Shown: positions 1 through 10,366 of the stretch, in pieces | Position numbering within the stretch: the stretch's first letter is position 1 | Layout: every line of letters begins with the position of its first letter | Assembly (NCBI GenBank): GCA_963763775.1 | Contig: CAVXPZ010000001.1 | Coordinates: 832,001-896,000, forward strand | Length of the DNA stretch: 64,000 bases | Direction of reading: 5' to 3' | Origin: an uncultured Chloroflexia bacterium | GTDB taxonomy: Bacteria > Chloroflexota > Limnocylindria > Limnocylindrales > CSP1-4 | Translations under genes and position numbers: made by a program | Notes under the pieces: model-generated | What the model was told of the DNA's origin: nothing | Databases searched by the model: none | The model's input: the letters and a program-made list of their open reading frames with translations, nothing else

Positions 1-1210
1 TGGCCACCGTCCCCGCGGCGAGGAAGTCGTCGATGTAGGGGTAGGCCGCCCGCATCCCGCCGGCGAGCGGCTGGTACCCGGGCGTGCCGGCCAGCGGGTT
101 GAGCCAGACCAGCCGGTGGCAGTTGCGGCGCAGGCGGGCCGTCTCGGTCGCCACGAGCGCCGGGTCGCCGCGGTCCCAGCCGTCGGAGACCACGATCACC
201 ACGCCGGACGTCCGGAGCGTGCGTCGTGCCCAGTGCTGGTTGAACGTCCGGAACGACTCGCCGATCCGCGTGCCGCCCGCCCAGTCGTTCACGGCCTCGG
301 AGACGCGGGCCAGCGCGCGGTCCCGGTCGCGGTCGCGCAGCAGCCGAGTGACGCGCGTCAGCCGCGTCCCGAAGACGAAGGACTCGGTGCGGACCTCGGA
401 CGCGGCCGAGAGTGCCTGGACGAACCGCAGCAGCAGCCGCGAGTGGCGCTCCATCGATCCCGAGATGTCGCAGATGACGACGAGCGAGCGCGGCTCGCGG
501 ATCGGCCGCCGCCAGACCCACGACATCAGCTGCCCACCCGTCCCGAGGTTCCTGCGGAACATCGCGCGCGGCGCGAGACGGCGTCCGTGCGAGTGCAGCT
601 CCTGCCGACGCGTCCGCCGCTGTTCGAGCCGCGGCACGAGCCGGTCCACGAGGCGCTCCGCCTCCCGCAGCTCGGCGGGCGTCATCCGGTCGAACTCGCG
701 GTGGCGCAGCACCTCGCCCTGGCTGTACGCGTCGGGCGAGATGACGATGCCCTCGATCTCCGCGTCGTCGTCCGCCTCGTCCTCGCCGGTCGACGGCATC
801 GGGACGCCGTGCTCGTCGGCCTGGGCATCGGTGCCCTCGGTGCCAGGTTGCGGCTCCCCGGTCCCGTCCGCGTCGGCGTCGGCCGGGGCGTTCGGGGCGG
901 CGATCGGCGGCGGTTCGAAGGCCCCCGGCATCCGCGCGTTCCGCCGGCGCCACCAGCGGTCGAAGACCGCGTCGTAGACCGCGCGGTCGTCACGCCGACG
1001 CACGAAGATGGCCTCGCCGGCCCCGCGGACCTGCTCGCGGTCGCCGATGTCGACGAGGGTCAGGGCCCGGGCGAAGTCCACGGCGGCGCCGATGTCGATG
1101 GCCAGCCGCGCCGCCCGCAGGGCCCGCCCGAACCCGACGGCCTCGTTGAGGAGGCGGCGCCCGTCGACTTCGGGCCCGAAGGGCGCCTGGACGATGGCGG
1201 GGTCGGTCAT
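1..1210 (-). CDS. coxE: VWA-domain CoxE-like protein (3' end runs off the window)
   Basis: Manual translation from ATG 1210 (MTDPAIVQAPFGPE...). It contains VICDISGSM (MIDAS), FGTRLTRVT, DWAGGTRIGES, VVSDGWDRGD and WLNPL, and lies directly downstream of a MoxR ATPase. Absent from the ORF track because no stop falls inside the window. Confidence 0.9.
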   Translation of the reverse strand, partial: MTDPAIVQAPFGPEVDGRRLLNEAVGFGRALRAARLAIDIGAAVDFARALTLVDIGDREQVRGAGEAIFVRRRDDRAVYDAVFDRWWRRRNARMPGAFEPPPIAAPNAPADADADGTGEPQPGTEGTDAQADEHGVPMPSTGEDEADDDAEIEGIVISPDAYSQGEVLRHREFDRMTPAELREAERLVDRLVPRLEQRRTRRQELHSHGRRLAPRAMFRRNLGTGGQLMSWVWRRPIREPRSLVVICDISGSMERHSRLLLRFVQALSAASEVRTESFVFGTRLTRVTRLLRDRDRDRALARVSEAVNDWAGGTRIGESFRTFNQHWARRTLRTSGVVIVVSDGWDRGDPALVATETARLRRNCHRLVWLNPLAGTPGYQPLAGGMRAAYPYIDDFLAAGTVA

Positions 1211-1223
1211 CGGTCGTCTCCGC

Positions 1224-2142
1224 TCAGCCGCCGGCGGCGACCTCGGACAGGATGCGCCGGGCGTTGTCGCCGCGGACCTGGCGGATGTCCTCCTCGTACT
1301 TGAGGACGACGCCGAGCGTTTCGTCGACGAGTTCCGGCGCCAGCTCGCGCGCGCCGAGCGACAGCAGCGCCGCCGCCCAGTCGAGCGTCTCGGCGATCCC
1401 CGGCACCTTCGTCAGGTCGGCCTCGCGGAGCCGGTGGACGAACCCGACCACCTCGTGCGCGAGCTGCTCCGGGGCGCCGGGCACCTTCGCGAGCACGATC
1501 TCGTACTCCTTCTGGGCGGTCGGGTAGTCGATCCAGTGGTACAGGCAGCGGCGCTTGAGCGCGTCGTGGACCTCGCGCGTGCGGTTCGAGGTCAGGATCA
1601 CCCGAGGCGGCAGCTCCGCCTTGATCGTGCCGATCTCGGGGACCGTGACCTGGAAGTCCGACAGGATCTCGAGCAGGTACGCCTCGAACTCCTCGTCGGC
1701 GCGGTCGATCTCGTCGATGAGCAGGACCGGCGCCACCCCGTCGTGGACCTCGAGCGCCTGGAGGAGCGGCCGGCGGATGAGGAAGTCCGAGCCGAAGATG
1801 TCGTGCGCACTGGCCTGGTCGGCCTCGCCGCGCGCCTCGAGCAGCCGGATCTCGAGCATCTGGCGCGGGTAGTTCCACTCGTACACGGCCGTGTTGACGT
1901 CGAGGCCTTCGTAGCACTGGAGCCGGATGAGCTTGGCGCCGAGCGATGCCGAGAGGACCTTGGCCAGCTCCGTCTTGCCGACGCCGGCCTCGCCCTCGAG
2001 CAGGAGCGGCCGACCCGAGCTCGAGCGCCAGGAAGACGGCCGTCGCGAGCGAGCGGTCGGCGATGTAGTCGCGGTCGCGGAAGTCGGACTGGATGGCCTC
2101 GATGGAGCGGGTCCCCTCGGGGCGGGTGTCTCGGTCGGTCAT
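1224..2142 (-). CDS. coxD: MoxR-family AAA+ ATPase (CoxD-like); one apparent +1 frameshift near 2013
   Basis: The N-terminus of ORF 1207..2142 joins the frame with RPLLLEGEAGVGKT (Walker A), LLIDEIDRAD (Walker B) and TSNRTREVHDALKRRC. Confidence 0.9.
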
Positions 2143-2161
2143 CGGCGGAATCTACACGGCC

Positions 2162-3205
2162 TCAGCCATCGGGGGCATCCAGCTCGCGGGCGTACGCCGG
2201 GAACCGGAACCGCTGCGAGCGGGTGAGGATGCCGCCGTACCCGAGCTTGGCGACCGTCCGCTCCGAGGCGGGCTCGCCGGAGAGCAACCGCGGCAGCAGC
2301 AGGTCCGCGGCCGTGGCCTTGGAATACGCGCCGCAGGTGGGCAGGCCCAGGATCGCCGTCCGGCCGACGCGGGCGAGCCACAGCATCGATCCAGGGTGCG
2401 CGGGGACGCCGCGCCGGATCACCCGACCACCGAGCGTGGCGATCGCCGTGAAGACCGGGTCCCGCGGGTCCGTGCTCGCCGCACCGGCGGTCAGCACGAG
2501 GTCGACGGGGTCGCCGTTGCTCGTGAACCGCGCCAGCGATTCCTCGACGGCGTCGGCGTCGTCCTCGACGTAGTCGATCGCGACGATGATCGAGCCGAGC
2601 CCCTCGACCTTGGCGCGCACGCTGGCCTCGAACCGTTCACGCGCGGTGGCGCGCACGGACTCCTTGACGATCACGCCGACGCGCGACGGCACGAACGGCG
2701 CGACCCACACGATGGGGTGCGAGCCGAAGTCCGTGATGCGCACGCCCTCGTCCACGATCGCGGCTTCCACGACGTGCGGCGCCACCTTGATGCTCGCGAC
2801 GAGGTCGCCGCGGTCGACGATCTGCCCGTCGAAGACCGTGAAGACCTCGAGCGGGTCCAGGCGGTTGATCCGCTCGAGTTCCACGACGCGGACGTTGACG
2901 ACCCCGGCCGTCGCGGCGACCAGGTCGATCCGGCTCTGGTTCGGGCCACGCACCTCGAGCCCCGACCCGGCGACCGCCTTGGCCAGCCGGACCGCGGCGT
3001 CGTCCTCGTGCAGCTCGCCGGCCTCGGCGATGAGCACCGTCACGGGCGGACCGGGATCCGCGGTCGCGAGGGCGAGCAGGTCGTCGCCGCTCAGCCGGCG
3101 ACCCTTGACCCAGCGGGCGTCGCCGACCCGCAGGTCACGGGCGAGGACGGCCCCTTCGAGGCGGCCCGGGGCGCGCCGACCAGGCGTGACCTGCTCGACG
3201 CGCAC
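2162..3205 (-). CDS. Molybdopterin-binding (MoeA/MoCF_biosynth-like) protein
   Basis: Contains DLVLTAGAASTDPRD and GVPAHPGSMLWL..ILGLPTCG, and sits inside a molybdoenzyme cluster. Confidence 0.75.
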   Translation of the reverse strand: MRVEQVTPGRRAPGRLEGAVLARDLRVGDARWVKGRRLSGDDLLALATADPGPPVTVLIAEAGELHEDDAAVRLAKAVAGSGLEVRGPNQSRIDLVAATAGVVNVRVVELERINRLDPLEVFTVFDGQIVDRGDLVASIKVAPHVVEAAIVDEGVRITDFGSHPIVWVAPFVPSRVGVIVKESVRATARERFEASVRAKVEGLGSIIVAIDYVEDDADAVEESLARFTSNGDPVDLVLTAGAASTDPRDPVFTAIATLGGRVIRRGVPAHPGSMLWLARVGRTAILGLPTCGAYSKATAADLLLPRLLSGEPASERTVAKLGYGGILTRSQRFRFPAYARELDAPDG

Positions 3206-3223
3206 GCGGGGACGCCGGGGCCG

Positions 3224-4078
3224 TCAGGCGGAGCGGCCGAGCGCGGCGTCGATCGCGCGACGGGTGTAGACCGCGGCCATCTGCGTCCGATACGCCCGGT
3301 CCGCGTGGATGTCGCTGTTGACCGCGACGCTGTCGGTGGCGTGGGCGGCCGCCGCCGCGACCGCGGCGGCGGACCCGTCGCTGCCGAGCAGGGCCGTCTC
3401 GACCGCCTTCGCACGGTACGGGTGCTCCCCGACCCCGGTCAGCGCGACGCGGGCGTGGGTCACGACGCCGCCGCTCGACGCGACGACGGCCGCGACCCCG
3501 ACGATCGAGTAGCCCGACGCGGGCTGCTTGAGCTTGCGGTACGCGCCTTCGGCTCCGGCCGGCAACGGGCCGCGCCGCAGCGAGACGAGGATCTCGTCCG
3601 ACTCCATGGCCGTCTGGAACGGCCCTTCGAAGAACCCGTCGAGCGGCACGACCCGTTCGCCGCGCGAGGACCGGAGCACCGCCGAGTAGTCGAGCGCGAG
3701 GGCCAGCGCCGGGGCGTCGGACGCCGGATCGCAGTGCGCGATCGAGCCGCCGACGGTGCCGCGGTTGCGGACCTGGACGTCGCCGATGTCGAGCAGGCAG
3801 TCACGGGCGAACCCGAGCGTCGTCGACTCGATGACCTCGGCGTAGGTCGACAGCGCGCCCATCTCGAAGCCGCCGTCGGCGGTGGCCGTGGCGCCCTTGA
3901 GCTCGGACAGGCGTCCGATGTCGATGAGCGTGTCGGCATGCGCCAGCCGCAGCTTCATGAGCGGCAGCAGGCTCATCCCGCCGGCGATGACCTTGGCCGA
4001 GCCCCCCGACGCCGCGAGCGCCGAGAGCGCCGCGTCCAGGGTCGCCGGACGCTCGTACGAGAACGACGCCGGGATCAT
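3224..4078 (-). CDS. coxM: Xanthine dehydrogenase/CODH family FAD-binding medium subunit
   Basis: [14 protein letters not shown]..., IAGGMSLLPLMKLRL and QVRNRGTVGGSIAHCDP. ATG 4078 overlaps the coxL stop (ATGA). Confidence 0.92.
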   Translation of the reverse strand: MIPASFSYERPATLDAALSALAASGGSAKVIAGGMSLLPLMKLRLAHADTLIDIGRLSELKGATATADGGFEMGALSTYAEVIESTTLGFARDCLLDIGDVQVRNRGTVGGSIAHCDPASDAPALALALDYSAVLRSSRGERVVPLDGFFEGPFQTAMESDEILVSLRRGPLPAGAEGAYRKLKQPASGYSIVGVAAVVASSGGVVTHARVALTGVGEHPYRAKAVETALLGSDGSAAAVAAAAAHATDSVAVNSDIHADRAYRTQMAAVYTRRAIDAALGRSA

Positions 4079-6499
4079 GCCTGGCCTCCCTTCGCGGACT
4101 GGATGGCCCGCCACACGGTCTGGTTCGAGTACGGCATGTCGAGATGGCGGATCCCGAGCGGGCTGAGCGCGTCCACGACCGCGTTGGCGACGGCCGCCGT
4201 GCTGGCGATGGCCCCGGCCTCGCCGACACCCTTCACGCCGATCGGGTTGACCGGCGACGGGGTGACGGTCTCGTCGAGCTCGATGTTCGGGAACCACGCG
4301 GCCCGCGGGAGGGCGTAGTCGAGCATCGAGCCGGTGAGGAGCTGGCCCTCGTCGCTGTAGACGGCGCCCTCCCAGAGGGCCTGGCCGACGCCCTGGGCGA
4401 TGCCGCCGTGGAGCTGCCCGTCCACGATCATCGGGTTGATCTTCTTGCCGACGTCGTCGACCGCGACGTATCGGACCAGCTCGACGTGGCCGGTCTCCTC
4501 GTCGATCTCGACGATCGCGATGTGGGTCCCGAACGGCCAGGTGCAGTTCGGCGTGTCGTAGTAGGCCGTCTCGTCGAGGTACGGCTCCATGCCCTCGGGC
4601 GTGTCGAAGGCGAGGTCCAGCGCGAAGGCGATCTCCTGGATGGTCTTCACCTTGTCCGGGCTGCCCTTGACGCGGTAGTTCGGCGCCGTCGACCTCGATG
4701 TCCTCGGGCGAGGCCTCGAGCATGTGCGCCGCGTACCGGCGGGCCTTCTCGCGGACCTTGCCCGCGGCCTTGATGGCCGCGGTCATGCCGACGGACGACG
4801 TCCGGCTGCCGTACGACCCGTAGCCGAACGGCGTGCCCTGCGTGTCCGAGTGCTGGACGACGATGTCCTCCATCGGGACGCCGAGCTCCTGGGCGACGAC
4901 CTGCGCGTACGTGGTCTCGTGGCCCTGGCCCTGCGGCTGGGTGCCCATCGTGACGACGACCTTGCCGGTCAGGTGGACGCGGATGTTGGACGACTCCCAC
5001 ATCGCCGCGCCCCAGCCCTCGCCGACGGCGCCGATCCACTTGGACGGGGCGACGCCGCAGACCTCGATGTAGGTGCTGAGGCCGAGCCCGAGCAGCTTGC
5101 CGCGGCCCTTCGCCTCGGCCTTCTTCGCCGCGAGGTCGGCGTACCCGACCGTGGCGAGCGCCTTGTCCATCGCCGGCTCGTAGTTGCCGGAGTCGATGTA
5201 GATCTTGGCGCCGCCCGACGCGGTCCCGAGGCCGGACGGGTTCTCGTACGGGAACTTGTCCGGGGCGATGAAGTTCCGGCGCCGGATCTCGGCGCGGTCC
5301 ATGCCGATCTCGGCGGCGAACAGGTCCATCGCGCGCTCGATGACGTAGGTCGCCTCCGGGCGGCCGGCGCCGCGGTACGCGTCGACGAACGTGGTGTTCG
5401 TGTAGACCCCGGTCACTTCGGCGTAGACGTTCGGGATCTTGTAGCAGCCCGACAGGACGCGGGCGTAGAGGGTGGTCGGGATGCCTGGGCCGATCGTGGA
5501 GAGCCGGCCGCCGAGGTTCGCGAACGTCTTGACGCGGAGCCCGGTGATCTCGCCGTCGCGCTTGCCGGCGATCTCGAGGTACGTGATGTGGTCGCGGCCG
5601 TGGATCGTGCTCTGGTAGTTCTCGCGGCGACCTTCGACCCACTTGACGGGCACGCCGCCGAGGGCCTTGCTGGTGAACATCGTGAGCGCCATGTCGGCGT
5701 AGCAGAAGATCTTGCTGCCGAAGGCGCCGCCGACGTCCGGGCTGATGCAGCGGACCTTGTGTTCCGGGATGCCCGTCACGAAGGCCGTCAGCAGCAGCCG
5801 CTGGATGTGCGGCGTCTGGCTCGACATCCAGACGGTGTACTCGTCGGTGCCCGGGTTGTACCAGCCGATGTCGCCGCGAGTCTCCATCGAGTTGGGGATC
5901 AGCCGCTGATTGACGATCCGCTGGCGGACGACGACCTCCGCGTCGTCGATGGCGGAGTCCGTGCCGGCCTTGTCGCCGACGCTCCACTCGAAGACGACGT
6001 TGTTCGGGGCGTTCTCGTGGAGTTGCGGTGCACCCGGCTGGGTCGCCTTCTCGGCGTCCACGACCGTCGGGAGCGGCTCCCAGTCGACGACGATGAGGTC
6101 GAGCGCGTCGAAGGCCTGCGCCTCGGTCTCGGCGACCACGACGGCCACGCCCTCGCCGGTCCACTTCACGTCGTCGGTCGCGAGGACCCGCGGCGTGTTG
6201 ACGTTGTTCCGGAGCCCGGCGCTGCCGCCGGCCGGCCAGGCCATCGGGAGCGGGTTGTACGGGATGTCCGCGCCGACCCAGACCCCGAGGACACCGGGGG
6301 CGGCCTTGGCCGCGGACGTGTCGATCGAGCGGATGTTGGCGTGCGCGTAGGGGCTGCGCAGGATGGCCATGTGGGCCATCGAGGCCAGCTTGATGTCGTC
6401 GAGGTAGTTGCCCTCGCCGGTGATGAAGCGCGGGTCCTCGACCCGCTTGATGCGCTTGCCGAACGGGTTGCCGGTCGGGGCGTCGAGCACGTCGGTCAT
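4075..6499 (-). CDS. coxL: Molybdopterin large subunit, form II CoxL-type; one apparent frameshift near 4680
   Basis: [24 protein letters not shown], active-site loop [22 protein letters not shown]. The C-terminus is ORF 4075..4650 ([17 protein letters not shown]). Confidence 0.92.
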
Positions 6500-6514
6500 C
6501 GTCGGTCCCTTCCG

Positions 6515-7009
<495 letters not shown>

Positions 7010-7117
7010 GGACAAGACCTCCTCCGGCATGTGCTGCCTGGCGCGGAGATGGCCGCGCCGCCCCTTGGAGCATCCGGGTCCCCGCGACGACCGGACCGGG
7101 TCGGGCGAGGTCGGTCG

Positions 7118-7146
7118 ATGGTGGCACCGGAGCGATTCGGAATCAA
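7118..7146 (-). promoter_or_regulatory. Candidate sigma70 promoter of the coxSLM operon
   Basis: TTGATT-N17-CACCAT with an extended -10 TG on the minus strand, about 110 bp upstream of coxS. Confidence 0.45.
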
Positions 7147-7185
7147 GTCGGATACGCGCCGGGGTACTGGGGCGTGGCCCGTCGC

Positions 7186-8082
7186 TCAGTCGCGACCCGG
7201 CCGCGGCCGCCCGGATGCCCTCGGTGGGCGAGGCTCGTACCGCCCCAAGGCGGCGCTCCGCGCGTCGACGGCACGCGGATCGAGGGCGGCCGCGAGCTGG
7301 TCCCCGGGCAGGACCGCGATCCGGGCGGCGTCCATGAGGCGGTCCAGCTTGCCGAGGGCGGTCGCCCAATCGAGGGCGGCCAGCGACGACGCGGTCGCGA
7401 GGCCGACCCGATCGAGGCCGCGGCCCGCGCTCGAGGCGGCGTACCCAGCCGCCCACACGAGCGTCTCGGGGCCGTCGTCGGAGCCGGCCACCGGCGACAG
7501 CGCCCCGCACACGACGCCGCGCTCGCGCGGGAGGGCGCGCACGAGACGCCAGTTGTCGGGTCCCGCGATGAGGTCCACGGCCAGACTGGCGTATGGCGGC
7601 GTGAGGATCGTCTCCGTCCCGGCGGTGTCGGCGCTCCCCCCGGTGACGGCGAGCGAGAGGTGGAGCCCGGGCATCTCGTGCAGGCCGTCCAGCAGACGGT
7701 CGTGGAGGTCCCGGAATTGGGACTGCTCAGCCACGTCGGCACCGATCGCGGCGGCGGCCGGTTCATGGACCTCGACGTACGGACAGCCGGCGTCGGCGAG
7801 GCGCTCGATGCTCGAGCGCCAGGCTTCGATAGCGCCGGCGTGGACCACGCCGCCCGTGTACGGACCGACCACCACCGCCTTGACGACCGTCGCGCCGGCC
7901 GACGCGACGACCGATCGCCACGAGGCGACCGGATCGTCGGGATCGGATGCCCATCCGCCGTCGGTCAGCGGCTCGAGCCCTCGGTCCACCTGCGCCGCGA
8001 CGATCGCCTCGAGGATCGCCCCGGTCGCGGCGCCCGCCGGCAGCGGTGGCCGTGGCAGCCCACCGAGCAGGGTCGCGAACAC
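7186..8082 (-). CDS. Divergent MetE/UROD-like barrel protein lacking the canonical Zn ligands
   Basis: MetE-like pattern [43 protein letters not shown], but no HxC or PDCG motif. Confidence 0.6.
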   Translation of the reverse strand: MFATLLGGLPRPPLPAGAATGAILEAIVAAQVDRGLEPLTDGGWASDPDDPVASWRSVVASAGATVVKAVVVGPYTGGVVHAGAIEAWRSSIERLADAGCPYVEVHEPAAAAIGADVAEQSQFRDLHDRLLDGLHEMPGLHLSLAVTGGSADTAGTETILTPPYASLAVDLIAGPDNWRLVRALPRERGVVCGALSPVAGSDDGPETLVWAAGYAASSAGRGLDRVGLATASSLAALDWATALGKLDRLMDAARIAVLPGDQLAAALDPRAVDARSAALGRYEPRPPRASGRPRPGRD

Positions 8083-8086
8083 GGCC

Positions 8087-9376
8087 TCAGGTCGTCGAGG
8101 GCGGCGTGGGCCTGAAGGACGGCGCGGCGGCGGCTACGGCGACGACGTGCGTCGTCGGCGTCGTCTCGGCCACGCCGCGCCGGGCATCGCTGCCGATCAT
8201 CAGCCCGACGACGAGCACGACCGCCACCACGCCGTACGCGATGACGCCGAGGTACCGCGGTGGCCGCAGTCGGCCGCCGACACCGGGTGGCTCCCCCGGC
8301 CGCTGCCACAGGGAGGACAACGTCGGGACGCGCGTCGGCCGCAGGACGGCGCCGAGCCAGAGGCCGGTCGCGAAGCCGCCGAGGTGCGCGGCGTTGTCGA
8401 TGTTGCCGCCGGAGGCGAAGCCGAAGACGAGGTTGATGACCACGAGGAACCCGAGCTGCCCGATGAGGCCGCGGCTCGCCCGGTCGATCGGGTGGTGGAG
8501 ATAGCTCGCGGCGAGCAGGACCCCGAAGAGCCCGAAGATGGCGCCCGACGCCCCGACCGCCGGCCCGTCGCCGCCGAAGACGAGACTGCCGATGGACCCG
8601 CCGGCGGCACAGATCAGATAGAAGGCGAGGAACGTCCACGACCCGTACCAGCGCTCGACGACCGGACCGGCCAGCCAGAGGGCCCACATGTTGAAGATCA
8701 GGTGGAACGGGATCACGTCGGAGGTCGAGTGGACCAGGGTCACGGTCCAGAGCCGCCAGTACTCCCCGTTGGCGACCGCGACGGGATCGAACCAGAGGAC
8801 CCGCATGAGGTTCTCGCCCTCGGCCGTGAACATGACCGTCAGCGACACGATCACGGTGGCCGCGATGATGATCGTGGAGAACGGGATCAGCGGGCCGTCG
8901 CCACGCGCCCGGGCGAAGTACTTCTTGGCGGTGCCCGTGTCGCCGGTCTCCTTGGCGAGCCAGCCGAGCCGCGACGCGATCTCGGCCTTGTCCGACTCGG
9001 GGGCGCGCCGGTCCGCTTCGCGATAGGCGCGCATCGCCGGCCCAAGCTCCCCGGCACGGACGTACGCGGCGGCAAGATTGCGCCAGACCGGATAGGTGGA
9101 GGGTGTCTCGCCGAGCTCGAGGACCGCTTTCCAGGTCTCGACCGCACCGTCCTCGTCGTCCATGCGGTACCTGGCCTCACCGAGGCCAAGGAGCGCGGCG
9201 GCGGTCACGGCCGAGTCGTCGAAGCCGACGACCCGCTGGTAGTACGCGGCCGCCTTGGCGTACTCCCCGGCCGCCAGCATCTCGTCGGCCCGCGCGAGGA
9301 GATCGAGCGCCGCCTCGCGCGACAGGCGTCCGATCGGCGGGAGCAGGGGCGCGTCCGCAGGTCCGGGCTCGTCCAT
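8087..9376 (-). CDS. Rhomboid intramembrane serine protease with N-terminal TPR repeats
   Basis: TPR-like helices, then GEYWRL, HLIFNM, GASGAIFG and NAAHLGG. The ATG at 9376 has TACAGT 7 nt upstream. Confidence 0.88.
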   Translation of the reverse strand: MDEPGPADAPLLPPIGRLSREAALDLLARADEMLAAGEYAKAAAYYQRVVGFDDSAVTAAALLGLGEARYRMDDEDGAVETWKAVLELGETPSTYPVWRNLAAAYVRAGELGPAMRAYREADRRAPESDKAEIASRLGWLAKETGDTGTAKKYFARARGDGPLIPFSTIIIAATVIVSLTVMFTAEGENLMRVLWFDPVAVANGEYWRLWTVTLVHSTSDVIPFHLIFNMWALWLAGPVVERWYGSWTFLAFYLICAAGGSIGSLVFGGDGPAVGASGAIFGLFGVLLAASYLHHPIDRASRGLIGQLGFLVVINLVFGFASGGNIDNAAHLGGFATGLWLGAVLRPTRVPTLSSLWQRPGEPPGVGGRLRPPRYLGVIAYGVVAVVLVVGLMIGSDARRGVAETTPTTHVVAVAAAAPSFRPTPPSTT

Positions 9377-9451
9377 CGGCGCGACTGTACAGGAGCGCGC
9401 ACGCACCGGGGCAGCCGGGCCCGATCCGTGCTCGGACGCACCACCTGAACA

Positions 9452-9556
9452 CGACCTTTCAGCCCACCTTACATCCAGCGGGCCGCCATCAGGACCATCG
9501 CCGAACCGCGCGCGAACGACCGGGCCTCTTGGAACGGCGAGGGCCACACCTACGAT
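9452..9556 (+). promoter_or_regulatory. Conserved upstream control region of tad cassette 1, ending in -10 TACGAT
   Basis: Aligns without gaps to 13331..13436 (56 of the first 70 nt identical by manual count). Confidence 0.65.
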
Positions 9557-9596
9557 CGTGCACGTCGGACTCCACCCTCATCGGGGTAGCACCATC

Positions 9597-9770
9597 GTGG
9601 CGAACCCTCGCACCAACGTCTCGCATCGACGCCTTCTGGCCGTTGCCGCCCTCGCCGTCCTGGCCGTCTCCGCGTGCCAGGGTCCCGCCGAGTCGCAGCA
9701 GACCGGCCGCGTCTGGCATGCCCCGATCACCCATCGCACGGCCGTCGCCCTCGGGAACCACCGGGCATGA
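9597..9770 (+). CDS. Putative 57-aa lipoprotein-like peptide
   Basis: GTG start; RRLLAVAALAVLAVSAC reads as a signal peptide with lipobox; its stop overlaps the tadE ATG (ATGA). Confidence 0.4.
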   Translation: MANPRTNVSHRRLLAVAALAVLAVSACQGPAESQQTGRVWHAPITHRTAVALGNHRA

Positions 9771-10366
9771 TCCGCCTGCCGATCCGTCGGCGAGCCGGCC
9801 GCACCCGCGGCCAGACGCTCGTCGAGTTCGCCCTGGTGTTCCCGATCTTCTTCGTGATGTTCATGGGGATGGTCGAGTTCGCGTTCGCCTTCAACGCGAT
9901 CCTGTCGGTCAACTTCGCCTCGCGGAACGCGAGCCTCTATGCGTCCGAGGCCGGGAACACGGCCGGCGCCGACTGCGTGATCCTCGCCGCCATCGAGCGC
10001 GACGTCAGCGCGCCGGCCAACGCCAAGAACATCACCAAGATCGAGATCTACCGCGCCAAGTCCAACGGCGACCAGTACTCGACCAGTGAGATCACGACCT
10101 TCACCCGGACGGGCTCGCTGACCTGCACCTTCCCGGACCTGACGACCCAGACCGTCCCCTACACCCGGACCGGCAACGGCTATCCCGAGTCCGCTCGGTG
10201 CAACATCCTGGCCGGCTGCGGCGGGACGCATACGGGTGTCGACCACGTCGGGGTCCGCATCTACTACACGCACCCCTACGTGACCCCATTGAGCAACTTC
10301 GTCGGGACCGGTAGCAGCATCCAGTTCGACCGGGCCAACGTCATGCGTCTGGAGCCGAACCTGTGA
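9767..10366 (+). CDS. tadE: TadE-like minor pilin, cassette 1 gene 1
   Basis: Prepilin motif RG|QTLVEFALVFP, a hydrophobic helix and ASRNASLYAS. Confidence 0.88.
   Translation: MIRLPIRRRAGRTRGQTLVEFALVFPIFFVMFMGMVEFAFAFNAILSVNFASRNASLYASEAGNTAGADCVILAAIERDVSAPANAKNITKIEIYRAKSNGDQYSTSEITTFTRTGSLTCTFPDLTTQTVPYTRTGNGYPESARCNILAGCGGTHTGVDHVGVRIYYTHPYVTPLSNFVGTGSSIQFDRANVMRLEPNL

Noticed and set aside
3224-6499. Apparent 1091-aa CoxL-CoxM fusion
   Set aside because: A single indel near 4680 shifts coxL into the coxM frame. The true coxL C-terminus is present in another frame and ends at an ATGA junction.
4075-6499. Bona fide aerobic CO dehydrogenase (form I)
   Set aside because: The active-site loop is AYRGAGR, not AYRCSFR, and the gene order is S-L-M.
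7010-7115. Moco riboswitch in the structured coxS leader
   Set aside because: GC hairpins are present, but I could not match the Moco/Wco motif consensus. An Infernal search would be needed.
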